A program made the position numbers and the translations under genes. From NCBI GenBank assembly GCA_030830065.1, contig JAURNR010000013.1:791-64790 (forward strand): a DNA stretch of 64,000 nucleotides, in the 5' to 3' direction. Of this stretch, positions 44,743 through 54,141 are shown one piece after another. The stretch's first letter is position 1. Each line of letters opens with the position of its first letter. The notes under the pieces were generated by a model that made no database searches, was not told where the DNA came from, and was given only the letters and a program-made list of their open reading frames with translations. The stretch comes from Bacteroidota bacterium (GTDB lineage Bacteria; Bacteroidota; Bacteroidia; NS11-12g; UBA955).

Positions 44743-45864
44743 TTAATAGTTATTGAGCATCATTGGCATGATTAACATAGTTATGTCTTCATTTGACTCA
44801 TTTTCAGAAGGAACAATTAAACCTGCCCTGTTTGGTTGTGAAAGTTGTAATTGAACAGTTTCACCATCCATTGTAGATAACATTTCCTTTAAGAAACGCG
44901 CATTAAAGCCAATCTCCATATCCTCACCGGAATATTCACATGGAATTCGTTCTACCGCTTCATTTGCCATTTCAATATCTTCCGCTGAAATCGTTAATTC
45001 TGAACCAACAATTTTAAGACGTACCTGATGGGTAGTTCTTGATGCGAAAATACTGATACGGTTAATGGAACTTAAAAAATCCATCCTGTTAATATTTAAG
45101 ATATTAGTATTGTTTGAAGGTATAACAGCAGAGTAATCTGGGTACTTCTCATCTAACAATCGACAAATTAATTGAGTATTACCGAAGGAGAAGAATACAT
45201 TTGTTTTATTGTAATCTACAACCACAGGTGTTTCATCATTTGGCAAAGCAGTCTTTAACAGATTTAGAGGTTTTTTAGGAATTATAAAACTATTTTCAAC
45301 CTGTGGAGCTATGTCATTTCGACGATATCTAACCAACTTATTCGCATCAGTTGCAACAAAATTCACATAATCTGATTTCATTTCAACAAATAAACCCGTT
45401 AGGTTAAGTCGTAATTCATCAGTACCTGCAGCGAATAAAGTTTTACTGACTGCACGCAAAAGCACATTGGAAGGAACTGTAAAACTACCTTCACCGGACT
45501 TCTCGGGTAAAGTTGGGAAATCAACTCCATCCTGCCCTGCCATCTTATATCTTCCATTGGCATTTACAACTTCTATAGAAAAATTTGATGCATCTACGTT
45601 AAAGGTTACTGATTGTTCTGGCAAAGAACGAAGAATATCAATTACCATTTTACTTGGTACTGCTACCTTCATGGAATCTTTGGTATCTACCTGAAGTGAA
45701 GTAGTCATACTTGTTTCCAAGTCTGTACTAAAGATTGTTACCTCACCATCTTTCACATCGAATAGGAAATTTTCCAAAATCGGAATGATGGGTTTAGACA
45801 TAATTGCCCCGTTTACTGTGAGTAAATGTTGCAATAATTCGCTTGACGAAGCTATAAATTTCAT
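44743..45864 (-). CDS. dnaN: DNA polymerase III subunit beta (sliding clamp)
   Basis: 373 aa. MKFIASSSELLQHL...PILENFLF. Three-domain length and a LIMPMML-type C-terminus. Confidence 0.95.
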   Translation of the reverse strand: MKFIASSSELLQHLLTVNGAIMSKPIIPILENFLFDVKDGEVTIFSTDLETSMTTSLQVDTKDSMKVAVPSKMVIDILRSLPEQSVTFNVDASNFSIEVVNANGRYKMAGQDGVDFPTLPEKSGEGSFTVPSNVLLRAVSKTLFAAGTDELRLNLTGLFVEMKSDYVNFVATDANKLVRYRRNDIAPQVENSFIIPKKPLNLLKTALPNDETPVVVDYNKTNVFFSFGNTQLICRLLDEKYPDYSAVIPSNNTNILNINRMDFLSSINRISIFASRTTHQVRLKIVGSELTISAEDIEMANEAVERIPCEYSGEDMEIGFNARFLKEMLSTMDGETVQLQLSQPNRAGLIVPSENESNEDITMLIMPMMLNNY

Positions 45865-45898
45865 ATGAGAATTTTCTTTTTTACTTTATAACCAACTG

Positions 45899-45906
45899 CA
45901 AACCTA
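45899..45906 (-). promoter_or_regulatory. Bacteroidota -7 promoter box (TAGGTTTG on minus strand) upstream of dnaN
   Basis: Plus-strand CAAACCTA matches TAnnTTTG, about 34 nt upstream of the dnaN ATG. Confidence 0.4.
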
Positions 45907-45956
45907 TTGTGACAAAACCAATAGAAATACACATTATGTTCCTATTTATAAACACT

Positions 45957-46247
45957 TTATTTTTCTTCCCTATTTACAATAACTATGATATCTTCATTAT
46001 CTTTTTTCATTAGATATCGTTCTCTTGCAAATTTTTCTAAATTTTTAAGGTTTCCAAATAACTCTGTTTTCTGCCGCCTTAGTTCTGCAATTTTTGACTT
46101 GTGAGTTTCAATACCCTCCTCAAGTTCCTTTACTTCTCGGTGTAATCTGTATCGATACAAAAAACTATTATTATCGAAGAAGGTCATCCAAACGATAAAC
46201 AAGCCTATTAAAATCTTATATCGATGTTGATACAAAGGAAACTTCAC
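45957..46247 (-). CDS. septum formation initiator (FtsB/DivIC-like) family protein
   Basis: 96 aa. One N-terminal TM helix (ILIGLFIVWMTFF) followed by a coiled coil (VKELEEGIETHKSKIAELRRQKTEL). Confidence 0.6.
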   Translation of the reverse strand: MKFPLYQHRYKILIGLFIVWMTFFDNNSFLYRYRLHREVKELEEGIETHKSKIAELRRQKTELFGNLKNLEKFARERYLMKKDNEDIIVIVNREEK

Positions 46248-46319
46248 AATACAAATATGGGTATTATTTTATCCTTCTGATTCACATAATTTACTCGTGT
46301 CAATTATTTTGTTCTAATT

Positions 46320-47447
46320 TTGAAAATTCTGTTTATCTATCACAACAAATATCGAATCCCGCTTTTCTTGATTTTATTTTTTGGGATATTAGGCTGTCAG
46401 CAAAAAAATCAAAATCAACCCTCCAAAAAAATCAATTGGATCAGTGCAGATTATGCCAAATTATTTAAAATTGGCATAATTGAGAGTGATACACTGTTAA
46501 AAATCTTTTTTGTTAATGGTAAAGAAATAGCAACTTATCATCTCGGAGATAATCCAAATTCATTTCCTGATGCAATTCATATAAATCGCAAAAATAAATT
46601 AGCAGTAAGCAGTAGTATTTTTGCTCGTTTTTTGACAGAACTTGATCTTGGAGATTCTATAGTAGCAATAGATAATTTAAACTTTTTACATTCTTCAATT
46701 AAAGGTCAACTACAAAACCCTATTGAGATTCAACCTTCCGGAGAACTTCAATTAGAAACTTTAATAAATTGCAAACCAGATGTTTTCTTTGTATACACCC
46801 TAAATGCTGAGGGAATACCCGCCTTTACCAGACTTCAAAAAAAGAATATTCCCGTTATTTACATTCAAAACCACCAGGAAAACCATCCACTAGCGCGTGC
46901 AGAATGGATAAAGGTATTTGGGTTAATTACGGATAGATTAGAACGGGCAAATAAAATATTTAAACAGGTAGATTCTACCTATTCATCTTTGCTAGCAAAA
47001 CAAAATACGCAAAAAAGTAGAACTATGATTAATGCACCCTACAGTGGCAATTGGATGGTTCCTAATCGTAATAATTATTTTAGTAAATTAATGGTTGATG
47101 CAAATTTGCAATGCTCGTGGCAAGAGGACAAAATAAAACAAGAGCAGTTATCTTATACAATATCTTTAGAATCCGCCATGAATTATCTGCTAATGTCGGA
47201 CATTTGGATAAATGTAGGCTCCTGTAAGAATATTGAATCTCTCATAAAAAGTGAGTCTCGAATTCAACGCATACTGCAAGCTAACACTGATTTAAAAATA
47301 TTTCAAAACAACAAACAACAGGAGTTATCTGGAGCTAATTCCTATTGGGACTTAGGTTCAACTCATCCCGAGATTTTACTGAAAGACCTTATAAATATTA
47401 ACTTAGGTAAAACAGATTCATTACATTTCTATATTCAAATTAGGTGA
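46320..47447 (+). CDS. ABC transporter substrate-binding lipoprotein, iron-complex/heme/B12 (TroA/BtuF-like) class
   Basis: 375 aa with a TTG start and lipobox FGILGC. Class assignment rests mainly on the 4-nt overlap with a FecCD permease and on general size. I see no diagnostic motif. Confidence 0.65.
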   Translation: MKILFIYHNKYRIPLFLILFFGILGCQQKNQNQPSKKINWISADYAKLFKIGIIESDTLLKIFFVNGKEIATYHLGDNPNSFPDAIHINRKNKLAVSSSIFARFLTELDLGDSIVAIDNLNFLHSSIKGQLQNPIEIQPSGELQLETLINCKPDVFFVYTLNAEGIPAFTRLQKKNIPVIYIQNHQENHPLARAEWIKVFGLITDRLERANKIFKQVDSTYSSLLAKQNTQKSRTMINAPYSGNWMVPNRNNYFSKLMVDANLQCSWQEDKIKQEQLSYTISLESAMNYLLMSDIWINVGSCKNIESLIKSESRIQRILQANTDLKIFQNNKQQELSGANSYWDLGSTHPEILLKDLININLGKTDSLHFYIQIR

Positions 47448-48385
47448 ATAAACTGAGAAACATATTTCTTTTAATTGCATTGATTAGCCTTTCAATCATT
47501 GACCTTCAGTTTTGGGATACCGCAATTTCGAATTTCCTTTTCTGGGAGTTTCGATTTCCAAGGGTAGTTGGGGCGGCAATAACTGGAATTGGTTTGAGTT
47601 TTTCAGGCCTTCTTATGCAAACACTATTCAGGAACTCTCTTGCTGGCCCGTATTTAATTGGGATTTCACCTGGTGCGACATTTGGGATGGCTCTTTTTAT
47701 ATTTTTCTCCAGTGCTTTTTCCTTTTCTTTTGAAATATCACCGCTTTGGGGAAGTACAATTGGTGCATTCTCAGCACTAGGTTTACAACTCTTAATCAAC
47801 CGAGGTTTTGAACATACACACAGATTATTATTAACAGGTTTAGTCTTAGGGTTTGTATTCTCAGCTGCCACAGAATTAATGCAATATTTTGGAAATAATG
47901 AACAGCTTCGAGAATTTACTTTTTGGGGGATGGGCAATTTTGAGCGCATTGAAATTGAGCATCTATTGAGCATATCGATACCTGTTATTACCGGCATCGT
48001 GTTGGTATGTTTTTTTAAAAATTCATTAGACTGTTATTTACTCGGTGACGATTACGCACAGGCGTCAGGGGTAAATCCAATTAAAATTAAAAATTTACTT
48101 ATTTGGACGGGGGCAATCATTGCTGGATGGTTAACTGCATACGCAGGTCCAATAGGATTTATAGGACTAGTAGGCCCTCATATTGCGAAGAGACTTTACA
48201 AAACGGAAAGTCATTCCAAGATAATGCTACCTGCAATTTTATGGGGCGGAATATTAGCCGTGGGTGCAGACTGTATTGCGCATTATTCAATACCTGGAAT
48301 ACTTCTACCAATTAACCCGATAAGTTCTTTGATAGGAGCTCCAATATTGATTATCAGTTTCATTCGAAAGCAAAACAGAAACTAA
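47444..48385 (+). CDS. iron-complex/heme/B12 ABC transporter permease (FecCD/BtuC family)
   Basis: 313 aa polytopic protein. RFPRVVGAAITGIGLSFSGLLMQTLFRNSLAGPYLIGISPGA matches the FecCD signature region. GTG start. Confidence 0.9.
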   Translation: MNKLRNIFLLIALISLSIIDLQFWDTAISNFLFWEFRFPRVVGAAITGIGLSFSGLLMQTLFRNSLAGPYLIGISPGATFGMALFIFFSSAFSFSFEISPLWGSTIGAFSALGLQLLINRGFEHTHRLLLTGLVLGFVFSAATELMQYFGNNEQLREFTFWGMGNFERIEIEHLLSISIPVITGIVLVCFFKNSLDCYLLGDDYAQASGVNPIKIKNLLIWTGAIIAGWLTAYAGPIGFIGLVGPHIAKRLYKTESHSKIMLPAILWGGILAVGADCIAHYSIPGILLPINPISSLIGAPILIISFIRKQNRN

Positions 48386-48955
48386 CTATTCTAGTCGTTC
48401 CACTTTAATAATATTTTCAATTTGATAGTCAATGACAGGATCAAATTGAACCTTCATATTGTGACCCCAAAAACTACCAAAAGTTTGCCAAAAGAGTGCT
48501 TCAGTTGTACCACGATAGTTCCTCATTATTTCCCAAGTAGTTTTTCCTGTTTCACGATTTAATAACTTCATCAAAACTTTACCCTCATTTATACTCAGTT
48601 TTTTAAGCTGTTCGGTGTACATATTTTTAATGCTTTTCTCACATTGTTTAATATACTTTTTCCTAGCACGACGACCTTTTATTGTGGAAAGCTTATCTTC
48701 CATTGCCTGAATTTTAAATGCCGCCATTTTAGCGTAAGGCATTGTTTTAATTACTCGATTTTTAAGTAATCTATATTGACGGATGCTTTCTGAATTAGCA
48801 TCACCAGACACCAAAACTGAGTCCATTCGGTCAACAACCTTATCTAGTAAATAAACAGTATCTGTTTGGGCCTGAATCTTAAAACAAGCCAATATTGACA
48901 ATGTAAAGATTATTTTTTTTCCTTTAAAAATAAGTTTTTCGAACCTGCAAACCAT
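48386..48955 (-). CDS. DUF4294 domain-containing protein
   Basis: 189 aa with a signal peptide. YRLLKNRVIKTMPYA, RKKYIKQCEKSI, LNRETGKTTWEIMRNYRG and FWQTFGSFWGHNMKVQFDP match my memory of DUF4294. Confidence 0.7.
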   Translation of the reverse strand: MVCRFEKLIFKGKKIIFTLSILACFKIQAQTDTVYLLDKVVDRMDSVLVSGDANSESIRQYRLLKNRVIKTMPYAKMAAFKIQAMEDKLSTIKGRRARKKYIKQCEKSIKNMYTEQLKKLSINEGKVLMKLLNRETGKTTWEIMRNYRGTTEALFWQTFGSFWGHNMKVQFDPVIDYQIENIIKVERLE

Positions 48956-50091
48956 AAGCCTATACCAAGAACGATTAAAACAGTAGAAATCATTTGTGCC
49001 TGAGAAAAAATGAGATTTCCCACCTTATACAAACTATCTCCATGTTCTCTAATCAATTCAATTACAAATCGTTCTGTACCAGCAAACAGTAAATATACGC
49101 CTAATGCTTGGCCAGGATTTATTTTTAAATTACGCACCCAAAACCACAAAACAGCAAATAAAGTCAATGCCATTAGAGCTTCATATAATGGTGTAGGATA
49201 TACCGGGTCGATTAATTGATAGCAATAACTTCCTTCACAACCCGGGATTTTTTCCATTCCTGCAGAAGCATAATCTTTACCTAGCACATTATGGGGGTAT
49301 TTATACGCCCATGCCCAATCGGGTAACCACGAGTTAGGACTGGGATTGGCTACTCCCCAATCACCATCCCCGGAAAAATGACAACCGAATCTACCCACTC
49401 CATACGCTAACATCATTGGTGGACCAGCAGAGTCTAGAACATGAATAATAGGATAGCCTCTTTTATGTGTGTAGATAAGCACACCCCCTAATCCGCAAAT
49501 TAATCCTCCATAGAAAGTCCACCCCCCTGATGTGAAAAATTGACTTGCAATTGCTTGAAAACTAAAGTTTCCCGGGGTTTCAATTATATGGAATACCTTA
49601 GCACCTAAAAATCCAGAGATTAAAGCTATTGCCGTAATGTTTCCCATTTCATCTGCTAAACCTAAAGTAATTTCCTTCTTTTGAGGAGGGTTTAATCGTT
49701 GTTTTTTATCGGTTTGATATCTCCAATATGTTCCAGCAACAGCAATTATTAACCCCCATAACCATTCACCTTCCCATGTAAGCAAGTGTTCTTGTGGCAC
49801 AAATCCAGAACCACTATTTTTCATTAGATAGATGAACTTAAATCCAAATAAAAATAGCAGCAAACCATTAAAAAAATAATCAGACATTGGAAACGCCTCG
49901 CCTAATATCACTTCTTTTTTATTGGTTTTGAATTGACCCAGTTTCGTTCTTCTGCTAAATTCATTTGAAACTGACCAATACGCAGCGCCGATAGCAAACG
50001 CAACAAATAAGCCAAATGTATTTACCACCTGTAAAAAAGGCAGTTCAATACCAAAAAGGTCTTTCAGGAAATGATATAATGTTGGAAACAC
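48910..50091 (-). CDS. lgt: prolipoprotein diacylglyceryl transferase
   Basis: 393 aa polytopic protein. FYGGLICGLGG, VGRFGCHFSGDGDWG and PTPLYEALMAL resemble Lgt signature regions (long Bacteroidota form). Confidence 0.8.
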   Translation of the reverse strand: MFPTLYHFLKDLFGIELPFLQVVNTFGLFVAFAIGAAYWSVSNEFSRRTKLGQFKTNKKEVILGEAFPMSDYFFNGLLLFLFGFKFIYLMKNSGSGFVPQEHLLTWEGEWLWGLIIAVAGTYWRYQTDKKQRLNPPQKKEITLGLADEMGNITAIALISGFLGAKVFHIIETPGNFSFQAIASQFFTSGGWTFYGGLICGLGGVLIYTHKRGYPIIHVLDSAGPPMMLAYGVGRFGCHFSGDGDWGVANPSPNSWLPDWAWAYKYPHNVLGKDYASAGMEKIPGCEGSYCYQLIDPVYPTPLYEALMALTLFAVLWFWVRNLKINPGQALGVYLLFAGTERFVIELIREHGDSLYKVGNLIFSQAQMISTVLIVLGIGLWFAGSKNLFLKEKK

Positions 50092-50099
50092 AATACAAA

Positions 50100-51410
50100 T
50101 TAAGGTGTTATCCCTAAGGTTTCAAAAACTCCATGCATCAAGAAATCTTTATCGATATGTTCCATACGAAAAGGAGTTCTTGAATTCACCCATAACGGAT
50201 CGTAATCTGCAACAACACGTACGTAATTATCTGTGTATCCCATCATTTTCCCTTCTCTAAGCTCTTCTTCAAACAATACTTCACGTACTGAGTTGATTTG
50301 TGACTCATAAAATGCACGTTTCTTTTTATCGCTCAAACTCCTAAGTTGTGTAGTTCGCTCTCCTCGAATACCTAATGGAATTTTTTCTTTCATTTTACGC
50401 GCGGTTGTGTTTGGCCTTTCACTGTAAGGAAATACATGCAGGTATGATACGGGTAATTCATTCAAGAAGTGATAAGTCTCTAAAAACAGTTCATCTGTCT
50501 CGCCTGGGAAACCTACTATTACGTCTACCCCAATTCCGCAATCGGGCATAAGCTTTTTTATCCTTTCAATTCTACTTCTGTACAAATCAGACTTATACTT
50601 TCTGCGCATTCTTGTAAGAAGTTCATCACTACCACTTTGTAACGGGATATGAAAATGTGGCACAAACCGACTGCTACAAGCTACAAAATCGATTATATCA
50701 TCGGTAAGAAGATTGGGTTCGATACTACTTATTCTATATCTCTCAACGGTATCTAAATTGTCTAATTCTTTAATTAATCCTAAAAAATCTTCATCATGAT
50801 TAACTCCAAAATCACCTAAATTAACTCCAGTAAGAACAACCTCTTTTACACCTTGGCTTGTAGCTTTTTTTACTTGAGTAATAGTTTTTCCAATGTTGGA
50901 CGAACGACTCTTACCTCTAGCCAAAGGTATAGTACAAAAACTACAGAAATAATCGCAGCCGTCTTGTACTTTTAAGAACATTCTGGTTCTATCACCTTCG
51001 GAAAAACCGGGAACAAATTCTTGCGTTTCTTTAATCGGCTTATTGTAATATCTACTTTTAGGTTCTTTTTCTAGACTGTGCAGGTAAGTAATAAGTTCAA
51101 ACTTTTCAGCTGCACCTAAAACCAAGTCTACACCGGGTATATTTGCAATTTCCTGAGGTTTTAATTGTGCATAACAGCCTACAATAACGATATACGCATC
51201 AGGATTATACTTTAGGGCCTCTCTGACTACTTTTTTACATTTACGATCAGCGTGATCAGTAACACTACAAGTATTAATAACGTATAAATCAGCGCCTTCA
51301 TTAAAATCTTTACGAATAAATCCGTTTTGCTCTAATTGCTGAGCAATTGTACTGCTTTCAGCAAAATTTAATTTACAGCCTAGAGTGTAAAGAGCAACGG
51401 ATTTCGACAT
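50100..51410 (-). CDS. mtaB: tRNA (t6A37) methylthiotransferase MtaB
   Basis: 436 aa. N-terminal UPF0004 domain (YTLGCKLNFAES, INTCSVT), a radical-SAM CDYFCSFCTIP motif, and a TRAM-like C-terminus. Confidence 0.9.
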   Translation of the reverse strand: MSKSVALYTLGCKLNFAESSTIAQQLEQNGFIRKDFNEGADLYVINTCSVTDHADRKCKKVVREALKYNPDAYIVIVGCYAQLKPQEIANIPGVDLVLGAAEKFELITYLHSLEKEPKSRYYNKPIKETQEFVPGFSEGDRTRMFLKVQDGCDYFCSFCTIPLARGKSRSSNIGKTITQVKKATSQGVKEVVLTGVNLGDFGVNHDEDFLGLIKELDNLDTVERYRISSIEPNLLTDDIIDFVACSSRFVPHFHIPLQSGSDELLTRMRRKYKSDLYRSRIERIKKLMPDCGIGVDVIVGFPGETDELFLETYHFLNELPVSYLHVFPYSERPNTTARKMKEKIPLGIRGERTTQLRSLSDKKKRAFYESQINSVREVLFEEELREGKMMGYTDNYVRVVADYDPLWVNSRTPFRMEHIDKDFLMHGVFETLGITP

Positions 51411-51427
51411 TTAAACAAAAGTAATAA

Positions 51428-52114
51428 TTAAAACAACAGGCTTGCTTCAAATGCCACTGTGCTTATTCTTTTACCTGTTCCAGTAGCCGGATAAATCCCA
51501 TCTATTCGGAAATTATCATTCATATCGGTTATACCTATATTAACACCAAAATCGTAACCCACTTGATTGCCTTTCATTTGCACTCCAACATGTGCAAGAA
51601 ACTCAAAAGGCTTTAATGGCAAATTATCCCATGTTTGGAGATAAACCTGACTATTCAATGGTATTTTATCAGCACTAACATATACAACAGAACGCATAAC
51701 ATAACTAGGGATAACTCCAACATTCAAAAACCAAGCTTTTTCACGCTTGTTTGGCTGCAATGAGAATAGCATAGATATTGGGACGTCCAAGGTAACCAAT
51801 GATATTTGTGTGTAAGCCCTATTTGCAGCGCTATCTGTTGTTTTGGCATTATTGAAATTCCCGCCTCTAAAACGAATGTCAAGTCCACCTTGAACATGAA
51901 ATCTTTTATCTTCGAGAGGATCATGGATGTATATCCCTGCTACGTAACCTAACAAAGGAGCAGGATTTTGGAGTTCGCCACCGGTAAACGAATAAACGCC
52001 AGCACCCATTTTTAGTCCAAACAATGATGTTTGGCTTTGTGATTGTGCTAAACAATTATTTACAATTCCAATCACAAAAAACAGCGCGAAATATAGTTTA
52101 AAATTTTTCATCAA
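51428..52114 (-). CDS. small outer-membrane beta-barrel (porin-family / OmpW-like-size) protein
   Basis: 228 aa. Signal peptide [24 protein letters not shown], alternating amphipathic strands, and a C-terminal ...FEASLLF. The track start is a TTG overlapping the hscA-like stop. The ATG one codon later is the likely start. Confidence 0.65.
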   Translation of the reverse strand: MMKNFKLYFALFFVIGIVNNCLAQSQSQTSLFGLKMGAGVYSFTGGELQNPAPLLGYVAGIYIHDPLEDKRFHVQGGLDIRFRGGNFNNAKTTDSAANRAYTQISLVTLDVPISMLFSLQPNKREKAWFLNVGVIPSYVMRSVVYVSADKIPLNSQVYLQTWDNLPLKPFEFLAHVGVQMKGNQVGYDFGVNIGITDMNDNFRIDGIYPATGTGKRISTVAFEASLLF

Positions 52115-53958
52115 TTTATGTTTGAACCTTTTAAAGCTTTTTTTACCGCTACATCCATAATACGTTCAGCAAAAGGTCGGGTGTAATCATTTAACGACTC
52201 AATGCCTTGATGTATTTTATGACGATCAGTTACTTTCAATAGACTCTCTAAATCATCAATTCGTTTATTGGTACCATTAATTTCTTCTTCATTTAGAAAT
52301 TCTGAGTTTTTTTCAAGAAATCGTTGAGCCGCATAGATAATCTGTTTCGCTTCATTTTTTGCCTCTAATATTAATCGTTCTTCAACATCAGTTTGTGCAT
52401 TTTCTAAACCTGCCTTTAGCATATTCTCAACTTGCTCGTCTGTCAAACCGTAACTTGGCTGTATTTCAATACTTTGCTCAACACCACTTCTTAATTCCTT
52501 TGCTTTTACATTTAAAATCCCATCCGTATTTAATGCAAATTGGATTTGTATTTTAGGTAAACCTGCAGGCATTGCTGGAATACCAGATAAAATAAATTCG
52601 CCTAACTTTCTGTTTTGTCCAACTAATTCTCTTTCCCCTTGATAAACCGCAATTTTCATATTGACCTGACCATCTACCGAGGTTGTATATTCTCTAGCTA
52701 ATCTTGTTGGAACTTTCGAGTTTCTCGGAACCAAAACATCCATTAAGCCACCAGCAGTTTCAATTCCTAATGACAATGGCGTAACATCTAACAAAAGTAC
52801 ATCCGTCCTTTTCCCAATAATTACATCTGCTTCAATTGCAGCTCCAAGCGCTACAACCTCATCAGGATTAACTTCGGAATTAATGTGTGTATTGGTGAAT
52901 TTTTCAATTAAATATTTTTTTATTTCAGGATGTCGGGTCGACCCACCAACAAGAACGATTTCATCTATAGCATCTGAAGATATAGATGCATCCTTTATTG
53001 CTCTATCAACTAATTTTAAGGTTTTTTGGATCCAACTATTGCTTAGTTCTTTGAAAATATCATAACTAAGAACTAAACTAAAATCACCCCAAACAGTGTT
53101 GAAATCAGCGCTATTTTTCGACAGCTCTTTTTTTGCTATTTCTGCTTTTACTCTTAGCTGTTGAATTTCCCTAAAAGATAGTTCTTTGTTATTTAAAAAT
53201 GTTTTATTCCAATATTCTACAATATTTAGGTCTAAATCATCTCCTCCTAAATGAGTATCTCCAGCAGTCGATAATACCTCAAAAACTCCATCTTCTATCA
53301 TTAATAACGACACATCAAAAGTTCCACCACCTAAATCATACACCAATATTGTTTTCCCATCATTTTGGCCAAGACCATATGCAACACTTGCGGCAGTAGG
53401 CTCGTTGATTATTCTCAAAACATCTAGGCCCGCAAGTTTTCCTGCGTCTCTTGTAGCTTGACGTTGTGAATCGTTAAAATATGCTGGCACTGTTATAACC
53501 GCTTGTTCTATATCCGCATTTAAATGTGCTTCTGCTTTTTGCTTGAGCTCTTTAAGGATGAGCGAACTCAATTCAATGGGATTGTAAAATTGACCTCCAA
53601 TTTCAACTTTAACTAATTGGTCATCACCTTCATCTATGATACGATAACCCAATTTGTTAGAAACCGCTTTAAGGTCATTGTAGCTTTTGCCTAATAGCCG
53701 CTTTATACTGTATACTGTTCTTTCGGGGGTATCAGATATTTGTTCTTTAGCCCACTCTCCAATACTAGGGATATTAAAATCATCGAAATGAATAACTGAA
53801 GGAACAGTATTGCCACCTAGAATGGGTATAATACTTGCTAATTTATCTCCATCTGCTACATATGCTATGAGTGAATTTGTTGTACCTAGGTCGATTCCAA
53901 CAGCAACCTTTTTACGTTCTATTGAACCCGATTTTATATTAATACTAATTTTTCCCAT
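52111..53958 (-). CDS. hscA: Hsp70-family chaperone, HscA-like
   Basis: 615 aa. [24 protein letters not shown] and LVGGSTR. The substrate-binding domain [19 protein letters not shown]...[16 protein letters not shown] is closer to HscA than to DnaK by eye. Confidence 0.8.
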   Translation of the reverse strand: MGKISINIKSGSIERKKVAVGIDLGTTNSLIAYVADGDKLASIIPILGGNTVPSVIHFDDFNIPSIGEWAKEQISDTPERTVYSIKRLLGKSYNDLKAVSNKLGYRIIDEGDDQLVKVEIGGQFYNPIELSSLILKELKQKAEAHLNADIEQAVITVPAYFNDSQRQATRDAGKLAGLDVLRIINEPTAASVAYGLGQNDGKTILVYDLGGGTFDVSLLMIEDGVFEVLSTAGDTHLGGDDLDLNIVEYWNKTFLNNKELSFREIQQLRVKAEIAKKELSKNSADFNTVWGDFSLVLSYDIFKELSNSWIQKTLKLVDRAIKDASISSDAIDEIVLVGGSTRHPEIKKYLIEKFTNTHINSEVNPDEVVALGAAIEADVIIGKRTDVLLLDVTPLSLGIETAGGLMDVLVPRNSKVPTRLAREYTTSVDGQVNMKIAVYQGERELVGQNRKLGEFILSGIPAMPAGLPKIQIQFALNTDGILNVKAKELRSGVEQSIEIQPSYGLTDEQVENMLKAGLENAQTDVEERLILEAKNEAKQIIYAAQRFLEKNSEFLNEEEINGTNKRIDDLESLLKVTDRHKIHQGIESLNDYTRPFAERIMDVAVKKALKGSNIN

Positions 53959-53980
53959 AAGTTATGAAACAGATTTATCA

Positions 53981-53988
53981 CAAAAATA
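53981..53988 (-). promoter_or_regulatory. Bacteroidota -7 promoter box (TATTTTTG on minus strand) upstream of the hscA-like gene
   Basis: Plus-strand CAAAAATA matches TAnnTTTG, 22 nt upstream of the ATG at 53958. Confidence 0.4.
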
Positions 53989-54114
53989 ATACTGACAAGT
54001 TCGTTGAAAAAATTCATCGACAGAAATTGCAAATCTATCGGTGTTTAGTTAGGCATATAAATTAACATGACATTTTCTTTACAAGAGTTGATTCCTACAC
54101 GAGAAATGCTGATT

Positions 54115-54122
54115 TAAATTTG
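54115..54122 (+). promoter_or_regulatory. Bacteroidota -7 promoter box (TAAATTTG) upstream of the HmuY-like/TonB-receptor operon
   Basis: Exact TAnnTTTG match, 19 nt upstream of the ATG at 54142. Confidence 0.45.
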
Positions 54123-54141
54123 CGTCTGTAAAAATAAACTA

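Noticed and set aside
45865-45956. An origin-of-replication signal next to dnaN.
   Set aside because: There is no dnaA gene, and I saw no TTATCCACA-type DnaA boxes in the 92-nt gap. In Bacteroidota, dnaN is commonly not at oriC.
46248-46319. A cobalamin or other riboswitch upstream of the BtuF/FecCD-type transporter, and likewise upstream of the HmuY/TonB-receptor operon (53959-54141).
   Set aside because: The gaps are only 72 and 183 nt, very AT-rich, and contain no B12-box-like GCCACTG core or GC-rich paired regions.
46315-46322. A TAATTTTG match to the -7 promoter consensus just before the substrate-binding protein gene.
   Set aside because: It overlaps the only plausible start codon: the TTG at 46320, followed by a basic n-region and lipobox. 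It therefore cannot serve both roles. It is more likely a chance match in AT-rich DNA.
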